Positions 54,614-64,000 of a stretch of DNA of 64,000 nucleotides are shown here, piece by piece; within the stretch, counting starts at the first letter, position 1, and every line of letters starts with the position of its first letter. The position numbers and the translations under genes are program-made. Source of the DNA: Patescibacteria group bacterium. Its GTDB lineage: Bacteria > Patescibacteriota > Microgenomatia > UBA8517. The DNA is taken from the NCBI GenBank assembly GCA_041742135.1, contig JBGSJG010000004.1, positions 171,773 to 235,772 on the forward strand, read 5' to 3'. Under the pieces are notes generated by a model. That model was not told where the DNA came from and searched no databases. It saw only the letters and a list, made by a program, of their open reading frames with translations.

Positions 54614-56285
54614 AATGAGTTTATTAAATCTGCCTAAATTTTTTGGATTAAGTTCGTCTAAAAAGCCCGAAAAACCTCCGGTTGTTCTCATATCTCTGGA
54701 CGGATGGGGTCTGGCTCCGGCTTCCGCTGGAAATGCGATAGCACTTGCCAAGACTCCAACAATGGACTCATTTTACGCTAATTATCCACACGGCGAGCTG
54801 ATCGCTTCAGGAGAGTCTGTCGGGCTCCCAGCAACAGAGGTTGGTAACTCCGAGGTTGGCCACTTAACTATGGGTGTGGGCAGGGTGATTTACCAAAGCT
54901 TAAAAAGAATAAACATGGCTATTGAAAACGGGACATTTTACGAGAACGAAGCCTTGAACCAAGCCGTTTTGGCTGCCAAGACTAATAAGTCAAAAATACA
55001 CTTAATAGGTCTAATTGGATCAGGTAACGTTCATTCAAACACAGACCATCTCTATGCACTTTTGCAACTATGCAAAACAAACGAGCTAAGCGAAGTTGTG
55101 CTTCATTTGTTTACGGATGGCCGTGATGCTCCACCAAAAGAAGCCAAGGAAATTATTGAGCAAATCGTTGCTCGCTTGAAAATCTTGAATATTGGCAGAA
55201 TAGGCAGTATTTCTGGACGCTTTTATGGCATGGATCGCGATGGTAAATGGGACAGGGTAGAAATGGCTTACAACGCCATGGTCCTGGGCGTAGGCCGCCA
55301 GGCAACGGACCCGATCCTGGCAGTTGAAACAGCTTACACAGCTGGTAAAACTGATGAGTTTATCGAGCCTACCGTAATTTTTGAGAATGGTAAAGCACAA
55401 ACCATTGACGACAATGATTCTTTGATCTTTTTTAATTTTAGAGTTGACCGAGCCCGCGAGCTTAGTATGGCTGTGTGCCTTCCTGATTTTGAAACTACTC
55501 AGCTAGAAAAGTATTCGCTGCAAGGAACTCCGTTTGCCAGAAAGAAAATTCCCAAAAATATCTTCACCGTTACTATGACGGAATATATCGCAGGCATGCC
55601 TGTAAAGGGAGTGGCTTTCCCTCCACAGTACAATTTTCCCGATTCTTTGCCTGAGATTTTCTCAAAGAACAATATCCCAAGTCTTCATCTGGCGGAAAGC
55701 GAAAAGGAACGCATGGTTACCTACTATTTTAGAGGCATGAGCGCGAAGCCGTTTAAAGATGAACACTCTGTAATTGTCCCGTCTCCCGGAGTAAGTACGT
55801 ATGATCTGAAGCCCGAGATGTCAGCCAAAGCGATATTAAATGAGTTTAAAAAAGAAATCCGGAAAAATTTATACCAGTTTGTGGTAATTAATTTCGCAAA
55901 TCCTGACATGGTAGCCCACACAGGCAATATCGCCGCAACAATCAAGGCTGTGGAGTACGTAGACGGGATACTCAAGGATTTGGTTGAAGAAGTGCTTGCT
56001 CGTGACGGCTTTGTAATCATTACGGCTGACCACGGTAACGCGGAGGAGTTAATAAGCTATCCTGCTCAATCTTTTTACTTCACAACGGACAAAGGTGTTA
56101 AAAATACTGACCACTCAAGCAATCCGGTGCCAGTTATTATTGTTGCAAATAGCCTCAATAAACGCTCAGACATAACATTCAAAGGAACACTGGCTGACAT
56201 AGCACCTACAATTCTTGGTATTATGAAATTACCAGTCTCGAGCGTTATGGCTGGCAAAAATTTACTTGGAGGTACAAATGAGTGA
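54606..56285 (+). CDS. gpmI: 2,3-bisphosphoglycerate-independent phosphoglycerate mutase.
   Basis: 559 aa. VVLISLDGWGLAPASAGNAI...TPTMDS is the iPGM metal-binding N-terminus. The phosphatase/transferase domain architecture and length are typical of iPGM. Confidence 0.9.
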   Translation: MSKMSLLNLPKFFGLSSSKKPEKPPVVLISLDGWGLAPASAGNAIALAKTPTMDSFYANYPHGELIASGESVGLPATEVGNSEVGHLTMGVGRVIYQSLKRINMAIENGTFYENEALNQAVLAAKTNKSKIHLIGLIGSGNVHSNTDHLYALLQLCKTNELSEVVLHLFTDGRDAPPKEAKEIIEQIVARLKILNIGRIGSISGRFYGMDRDGKWDRVEMAYNAMVLGVGRQATDPILAVETAYTAGKTDEFIEPTVIFENGKAQTIDDNDSLIFFNFRVDRARELSMAVCLPDFETTQLEKYSLQGTPFARKKIPKNIFTVTMTEYIAGMPVKGVAFPPQYNFPDSLPEIFSKNNIPSLHLAESEKERMVTYYFRGMSAKPFKDEHSVIVPSPGVSTYDLKPEMSAKAILNEFKKEIRKNLYQFVVINFANPDMVAHTGNIAATIKAVEYVDGILKDLVEEVLARDGFVIITADHGNAEELISYPAQSFYFTTDKGVKNTDHSSNPVPVIIVANSLNKRSDITFKGTLADIAPTILGIMKLPVSSVMAGKNLLGGTNE

Positions 56286-56919
56286 AGTATATATATTATT
56301 CGGAGCGACTTTGGCTGTAGCTTTTTTTGCGGTTGCGACATTTATTGTCGTAGTGTCATATCACAAGTCGCTTAAGCGCCAGCGCGAGCTTGAGGTGGAG
56401 CTTGAGAAGCTCAAAGAGTCGGGGAATGAAGCCGCACGAGCAATTATTGCTCAGGCGCAAACAAAGGCTAACGAGATTGTTGCTAGTGCGCAGATCAAGT
56501 CCCAAGAAATCGTGCGTGCCGGAGAAATATTTTCAAGCGATTTTAAAGCTAAGTTCCAGGCCGATTTATCACAGGTACCGGTATTAATTCAACAAGAGAG
56601 TGGAAAAATGCTATCTAATATATCAAACAATATCGGTTCTCAGTTTGAGAGTGAGATGAAGGTTTTCCACGATACTGTGATCGCTGAAACATCCAAGATT
56701 AAAGATTCGTTAAGTGCGGGAATGAAGGTGGCTTATGAAAAGGCGCAAACCGAGGTGGATGAATACAAAAAACAAATGATGGATCGGATAAACTCTTCAA
56801 TTTTAGTGATTGTTGAAGATGCTGCCAAGAAGGCTTTGGGCGCAAGTTTGAGCCGAGAGGAGCACGAAAAGATAATCCTTAAAGCCTTAGACGAAGCTAA
56901 AAAACAAAATGTATTCTGA
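56278..56919 (+). CDS. atpF: F-type ATP synthase subunit b.
   Basis: A single N-terminal TM helix (ILFGATLAVAFFAVATFIVVV) is followed by a long Ala/Glu/Lys-rich helix. The start was moved to the ATG at 56278, which has a GGAGG 6 nt upstream. The track start at 56266 lies inside that SD. It overlaps the gpmI stop. Confidence 0.8.
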   Translation: MSEVYILFGATLAVAFFAVATFIVVVSYHKSLKRQRELEVELEKLKESGNEAARAIIAQAQTKANEIVASAQIKSQEIVRAGEIFSSDFKAKFQADLSQVPVLIQQESGKMLSNISNNIGSQFESEMKVFHDTVIAETSKIKDSLSAGMKVAYEKAQTEVDEYKKQMMDRINSSILVIVEDAAKKALGASLSREEHEKIILKALDEAKKQNVF

Positions 56920-57367
56920 TATCCTCTCCCAGATTCATACAAAATATGATAGCGATGCGTTGCTTTTGGGTTTGGATGCGGTGAAGAAAGCTATTTATTC
57001 AAAAGATGGCGATCTATTTGCGGCAGTCAATCAAAACATCTCAGCTAACTTGGCAGCCTTGTTGAGCCAAAAGCTCGCCGCAAATTCCCCTGATAAATAC
57101 ATTGAGGGCTTGGAGATGGAGCTGAAAAACATGAAACTCATAAAACTTGGGCTGGCTTTTATGCCTACACAAAAAACTGTAGATAGTCTGTTCGAGTGGA
57201 TTAATACTAATTTGGGCGAAGGTTTCATTGTAGATATTATGGTTAAGCCTGAAATTCTCGGAGGGGCGCTGATAGATTGTGAGGGTAAATACTTTGATGC
57301 CAGCCTTGTTAAGCTCGTCGATGAGTTTTTTAAGACCAATTCAACATTTATCAATGAAAGACTTTAA
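56909..57367 (+). CDS. atpH: F-type ATP synthase subunit delta (OSCP).
   Basis: 152 aa. C-terminal LGGALIDCEGKYFDASL matches the delta/OSCP signature. It sits between b and alpha. Confidence 0.8.
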   Translation: MYSDILSQIHTKYDSDALLLGLDAVKKAIYSKDGDLFAAVNQNISANLAALLSQKLAANSPDKYIEGLEMELKNMKLIKLGLAFMPTQKTVDSLFEWINTNLGEGFIVDIMVKPEILGGALIDCEGKYFDASLVKLVDEFFKTNSTFINERL

Positions 57368-58798
57368 AAAATACCTAGACCAAACGGGCGAAATAGGCTA
57401 TGTCGCCAAGATAGTTCACTCAATAGTTTACGTAAAAGGCTTGCCGTCAGCGCAGACTTACGAGGTTGTATTGTTTGAAAACGGTGGTATGGGCCTTGTC
57501 CTTTCGCTCCGAGCTAAATATGTCGAAGTACTACTCTTGTCTAACAAAAGTGTCGAAGTAGGGCAGCAGGTTGCACGCACAAACGAGCTTCTTCAGGTTC
57601 CACTTGGACCTGAACTTCTGGGCAAGATGATCTCGCCTTTGGGAACTTCCATCAAAGGCTCGACCGTTATAGCTAAGCCTGCCGAACTTCGCCCCATCGA
57701 TAGTGAGCCTATGGGTATCTTGGGAAGGCTTGAAGTAAAGCGCCCTTTGGAAACCGGGGTTAAAATAGTCGATTTAGTGGTTCCGTTGGGTCGTGGCCAG
57801 AGGGAGCTGGTTGTGGGGGACAGAAAAACTGGAAAAACGTTATTTTTGATGCAGACCATACTATCCCAGGCAAGACTGGGGACTGTTTGCATTTATGCCT
57901 CAATTGGTAAACGCCAGAGCGAGCTTAAGGGAATTATTAAGTTTATTAAAGAAAACAATATAACAAAAAATACCATAATAGTCGCAACTGTAGCAGGAGA
58001 CCCTCCGGGGCTAATTTATTTGACTCCTTATACCGCAATGACCATCGCTGAGTATTTTCGTGATCAAGGCCAAGACACTCTTGTGATTATGGATGACATG
58101 TCTGCGCACGCGAGTTGTTACAGAGAGATCACGCTTTTGGCCAGAAGATTCCCAGGTAGGAGTTCTTACCCGGGCGATATTTTTTACCTTCACGCCAAGC
58201 TAATGGAACGAGCTGGGAGTTTTGAAAAAGCTGCCATCACATGTTTGCCGGTGGCCGAGGTGGCCATGGGAGATATGTCAGGATATATACAAACAAATTT
58301 GATGTCTATGACAGATGGTCATATATATTTTGATATAGATAGATATAATCGTGGTATTAGGCCAGCCATAAATCCGTTTTTGTCCGTTACTCGCGTGGGG
58401 CTTCAAGCTCAGTCGCCGTTGGTTCGGGATCTAAACAGGCAGCTCTCAAGTTTTTTAGTTCATTTGGAGGACTTAAAAGACTTTATGCACTTTGGAGCTG
58501 AAGTAAGCGAGTCTCTTAAAAACACGCTTAATTTGGGCGCCCGGGTTGAGGCGCTTTTGGGCCAAGCGCAGCTCGAAGTGATCCCTGTTAATATTGCCAT
58601 ATTTCTTCTGGCTGCCATTTGGGGTGGTGTAGCCAAAGATTCAGGTAAAGAGCAAGTTCGAGCTTTATACCAAAAGAGTACAGAGCGATACCTAAACGAG
58701 CCTGAGTTTGCAAAGTATGTCAACAACACCCTCATGGCAACTCCGTCGTTTTCTGAATTAGCAATAAAGATAGCAAAACAAGAAAGGGAGATATTCGC

Positions 58799-58802
<4 letters not shown>
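57354..58802 (+). CDS. atpA: F-type ATP synthase subunit alpha.
   Basis: Walker A GDRKTGKT. The start was set at the ATG 57354 (MKDFKKYLDQTGE...). The track ORF begins 75 nt earlier, inside atpH. Confidence 0.9.
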
Positions 58803-61309
<2,507 letters not shown>

Positions 61310-61318
61310 CTTCAATTG

Positions 61319-61390
61319 TCGGGGTGCTGGGAATTGAACCCAGTGTCTCTACGTCCCGAACGTAGCGTGTTACCGATCCACCACACCCCG
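61319..61390 (-). tRNA. tRNA-Pro (anticodon CGG).
   Basis: Minus-strand cloverleaf. Acceptor CGGGGUG/CACCCCG. Anticodon arm CUACG-UUCGGGA-CGUAG. T-arm CUGGG-UUCAAUU-CCCAG. Discriminator A and no encoded CCA. It lies 10 nt from the atpC stop. Confidence 0.85.
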
Positions 61391-61578
61391 ATGGTCTGCC
61401 CACATAATAGCCCAAAAGTGCATTAAGCACAAATCTTGTTCGATATAGTAATATTGATTCGTATCCCATAGTAACAGTGTTTTTGAAAGTTATCCACAAT
61501 TTCTGTGTACAAAAAATCGTATCCTATAGCACAAGCTCGACTTTCTTATTTCAATCCTAAGGGTGTAGAATAAGTACC

Positions 61579-62250
61579 ATGGCCACTTTATTCATTGTTG
61601 CGACGCCAATTGGTAATTTGGGAGACATCTCGACCCGTGCAATTGAAACACTTAAAAACGTAGAGCTGATATTGGCAGAAGACACAAGAGTTACCAAAAA
61701 GCTTCTTGATCGCTTCCAGATTGAAACATCACTTGAAAGCTATCACCAGCATTCGGGAGAGGAAAAAATGTATCGAATCCTTAATTTTTTGATGTCAGGC
61801 AAGGATGTGGCTCTTGTAACTGATGCGGGCACACCGGGAGTAAGCGATCCGGGGAACGAACTAGTTGATTTTATCAGTAGGAATTTCAGTAAACCTTCAA
61901 TTCAGATAATTCCAATTCCGGGCCCCTCAGCTGTTACAGCCGCTCTTTCTGTTTGCGGGTTTGATGTCAGTCAGTATATGTTCGTAGGTTTTTGGCCTAA
62001 AAAGAAAGCTTCAAAATATATCAAAATGCTTAAAGACTTGGAAATGCCGCTGGTGTTTTTTGAATCCCCGCACCGTATTGTAAAAACGCTGGACAAATTG
62101 GCTGGGCAGTTGGGCGAGCGCCAAGTTTTTGTCGGGCGAGAGCTAACCAAGATGTTTGAGCTCCACTATAGAGGCAGTTTGGCTGAAGTTTCAGCTCAGC
62201 TTAAGGCCGAAAAGAATTTACGAGGCGAGATTGTGGTTGTTATTCAGTGA
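61579..62250 (+). CDS. rsmI: 16S rRNA (cytidine1402-2'-O)-methyltransferase RsmI (tetrapyrrole-methylase fold).
   Basis: LFIVATPIGNLGDISTRAIETLKNVELILAEDTR and VTDAGTPGVSDPG are RsmI hallmarks. 223 aa. Confidence 0.9.
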   Translation: MATLFIVATPIGNLGDISTRAIETLKNVELILAEDTRVTKKLLDRFQIETSLESYHQHSGEEKMYRILNFLMSGKDVALVTDAGTPGVSDPGNELVDFISRNFSKPSIQIIPIPGPSAVTAALSVCGFDVSQYMFVGFWPKKKASKYIKMLKDLEMPLVFFESPHRIVKTLDKLAGQLGERQVFVGRELTKMFELHYRGSLAEVSAQLKAEKNLRGEIVVVIQ

Positions 62251-62333
62251 CGCTGGGAGGAGTCGGCGGCGATCCGGCCTTTGGCACAACCAACCTTTCC
62301 CTGTCGCGCTTTGCGCTTTTATGAATTACCCTG

Positions 62334-62405
62334 TGCCCTCAGAGGGAATCGAACCCCCATCTTACCCTTAGGACGGGTCTGCTCTATCCGTTGAGCTATG
62401 AGGGC
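62334..62405 (-). tRNA. tRNA-Arg (anticodon CCU).
   Basis: Acceptor GCCCUCA/UGAGGGC. D-arm UAGCUCAACGGAUAGAGCA. Anticodon arm with the 7-nt loop GUCCUAA (the stem has a 27:43 G-A mismatch). T-arm GGGGG-UUCGAUU-CCCUC. Discriminator A. Confidence 0.75.
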
Positions 62406-62410
62406 AATTC

Positions 62411-62476
62411 ATACAGGATGGACCGCTCTACTGCGCAGTAGCAAGCTTCGCTTATCCATTGAGCTACAGCGCCGCG
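62411..62476 (-). other. Degenerate tRNA-like fragment: acceptor-like 5' end plus a D-arm interrupted by a ~24-nt palindromic insertion, with no recognisable T-arm.
   Basis: The minus strand reads GCGGCGCUGUAGCUCAAUGGA[UAAGCGAAGCUUGCUACUGCGCAG]UAGAGCGGUCCAUCC. Removing the bracketed insert restores a canonical D-arm (UAGCUCAAUGGAUAGAGCG). No GGUUCGAAUCC follows. Confidence 0.3.
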
Positions 62477-62493
62477 AGTATATTTTACCAAAT

Positions 62494-63666
62494 TTACTTC
62501 AAGGCAAGCCAGTAGAGGTTGGTTGGTGAATCGGTCGCGCCAAAATTTGTTAGAAGAAGAAGCCGGTTGACGTTAGTGGAAGGGTAGGCAATCGGATAGA
62601 CATAATTACCTGTAAATACTGTTTTTCGATTTGTGCCGTCGTAATCAATAACTGAGATTTTGTCTTTCTCTGGGATTGCGAGATTGAGAGAGTTTGAAAT
62701 CCAATAAATTACTTCTTCTGAGGTAGCAATTTTAAAATTACGGTCCTCGCGAATGTCGTAAACGTACTTGTTGCCTTCGGATATATTTCTCTCTTGAGGC
62801 TGTGTTGAAGACCCCGGAAGTTGTCTGGCTACATCTTCAACAAGTGTGGCGCTAGCTGTGGCTGTATAGAGAATGCGGTTTTCGTCGGGGGAGAAATGTA
62901 AGTCTTTAGCACTGCTGGCGAATACACTCTCAATTTCGTCCGGCAGGGGGGCAATTCTTGCGGCGAGCCGTGCGGCTTTTATGTCTGCCCATTCTTTGGT
63001 AATAGCAGCAAGACTGGCAGATACATTCACCCGAGCAGCTTGGGGAGTGAATTGAGACGCATCCAGTCTATAAATGCCTGTATTGGTTGTTAGCAAAATC
63101 TCTCGAGCGTCAGGTGAAAATTCGTAAATCGCATTTGTTAAATCCCCGTCTGTGATACGCCTAGGGTCACGATTAAACCCCAAAGGCAGATTAATCGTCT
63201 CCATTATCCATAATCCCGAGCGCTCAAGATTGTCTTCTGATGGAGTAACTACGTAGGCAATTTTACTAAAATCCTCGCTGGCAATTGGGTTGACGGCGCC
63301 CGAGAAAGTAAGAGCGCTTAAAGATGGAGCAGTGGAAACCAAGAAGGCGTCCACCTGAGTTACTGTTTCTTTCTCGATTGTGACAGTCTTGCTCCAGGCC
63401 AAATAGCCTTCTTTTTTGATCGAAACCTCGTAGTTGCCGGGAGGAAGAGAGATCGCGTTATCGGTTGCGGTTTTGAGCTCTCCGTTGACAAACACCTGGG
63501 CGGCTATGGGATCGGAATTGGCTACAAGTAGGCCAGTTGGCCCCAGCGTAATGTTTTCCTCATTGTTTTGAATTCTGTAACCACGGGCATACATAATCGC
63601 GAGCGTGCCGATAAGGCCCACGACGATTATTGTCGACAAAAAAACCAATGCTCGGAAACGGGGCAT
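62494..63666 (-). CDS. Membrane-anchored PEGA-domain protein with a C-terminal beta-propeller/TolB-like region.
   Basis: N-terminal TM FLSTIIVVGLIGTLAIMYA. PEGA-like AAQVFVNGELKTATDNAISLPPGNYEVSIKKEGYLAWSKTVTIEK. The C-terminal region is beta-rich. Confidence 0.6.
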   Translation of the reverse strand: MPRFRALVFLSTIIVVGLIGTLAIMYARGYRIQNNEENITLGPTGLLVANSDPIAAQVFVNGELKTATDNAISLPPGNYEVSIKKEGYLAWSKTVTIEKETVTQVDAFLVSTAPSLSALTFSGAVNPIASEDFSKIAYVVTPSEDNLERSGLWIMETINLPLGFNRDPRRITDGDLTNAIYEFSPDAREILLTTNTGIYRLDASQFTPQAARVNVSASLAAITKEWADIKAARLAARIAPLPDEIESVFASSAKDLHFSPDENRILYTATASATLVEDVARQLPGSSTQPQERNISEGNKYVYDIREDRNFKIATSEEVIYWISNSLNLAIPEKDKISVIDYDGTNRKTVFTGNYVYPIAYPSTNVNRLLLLTNFGATDSPTNLYWLALK

Positions 63667-63694
63667 ATAATGTATTATATACTACACTTTGACT

Positions 63695-64000
63695 ATGCGA
63701 AAAAAGATAGCGATCGATTTGGGAACAGCTAACACTCTGGTTTGGATTGCTGGCGAGGGCATTGTGGCTAATGAGCCAACTGTTGTGGCTGTTTCTGTTG
63801 AAGACAATGTGGTCGTTGCCGTTGGCGAAGACGCCAAGAAGATGCTTGGGCGAACCCCGGAGACTTTGATGGCCCTCCGGCCCATGCGTGAAGGCGTGAT
63901 CGCGGATTATCAAGTCACACGCTCGATGCTTAAGTATTTTATAAATAAAGTCTCGGGCAGAGTCCAATTTATCAAGCCCGACGTGATGATTTGTGTTCCT
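63695..64000 (+). CDS. mreB: Rod-shape-determining protein MreB (N-terminal 102 aa; continues beyond the window).
   Basis: MRKKIAIDLGTANTLVWIAGEGIVANEPTVVAV...GEDAKKMLGRTPETL...AIRPMREGVIADY is the actin-fold phosphate-1 motif DLGTANT. There is no stop within the window. Confidence 0.9.
   Translation, partial: MRKKIAIDLGTANTLVWIAGEGIVANEPTVVAVSVEDNVVVAVGEDAKKMLGRTPETLMALRPMREGVIADYQVTRSMLKYFINKVSGRVQFIKPDVMICVP

Noticed and set aside
62306-62321. Rho-independent terminator after rsmI (gcgc-ttt-gcgc-tttt)
   Set aside because: The stem is only 4 bp and the palindrome GCGC pairs trivially. It is too weak to call.

Overview
This 64-kb window looks like a small-genome, Patescibacteria/CPR-like bacterium. 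It uses the standard genetic code, with TGA stops at many ATGA-type gene overlaps. Few genes have Shine-Dalgarno sequences, and three starts look leaderless.

Housekeeping genes are leuS, argS, gpmI, rsmI, the start of mreB, and an F1Fo ATP synthase block (atpF-H-A-G-D-C) that lacks adjacent atpB and atpE. There is also a comEA / split-comEC competence locus, an M16 peptidase, an MgtE-type membrane domain and an adenylate-kinase-like gene. I found tRNA-Ala(CGC), tRNA-Pro(CGG), tRNA-Arg(CCT) and a degenerate tRNA-like fragment.

The accessory content is the interesting part.
- At 1..15.6 kb, all on the minus strand, sits a glycan-modification island. It holds two GT2 glycosyltransferases and a homolog of plant RGP/GT75 (UDP-arabinopyranose-mutase family). 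It has four paralogous SAM-methyltransferase domains, two of them fused in tandem in one gene. It also has an O-antigen-ligase-like polytopic membrane protein with C-terminal TPR repeats. A RAYT/IS200-type HuH tyrosine-transposase domain is fused to a transmembrane helix and an SH3b domain. Two tandem paralogous Thr-rich proteins lack signal peptides.
- At 28.6..53.4 kb, three translationally coupled giant genes encode 8,251 aa. Two are DUF2341 + multi-LamG (concanavalin-A-like) proteins of 1653 and 1766 aa. The third is a 4832-aa protein. Its N-terminus is an excisionase/MerR-type helix-turn-helix followed by a single TM helix. The rest is a long Thr/Ser/Gly/Asn/Asp-rich, modular extracellular region containing near-identical 576-bp intragenic repeats and a distinct C-terminal module.
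- The 495-bp region between the giant gene and its divergent neighbour carries two direct copies of a ~30-bp motif.

I propose the giant locus is a candidate, essentially uncharacterised cell-surface/host-attachment system, and that the glycosylation island may serve it. That link is inference, not something the sequence shows. No CRISPR array, cas gene, reverse transcriptase or recognisable defence system is present.
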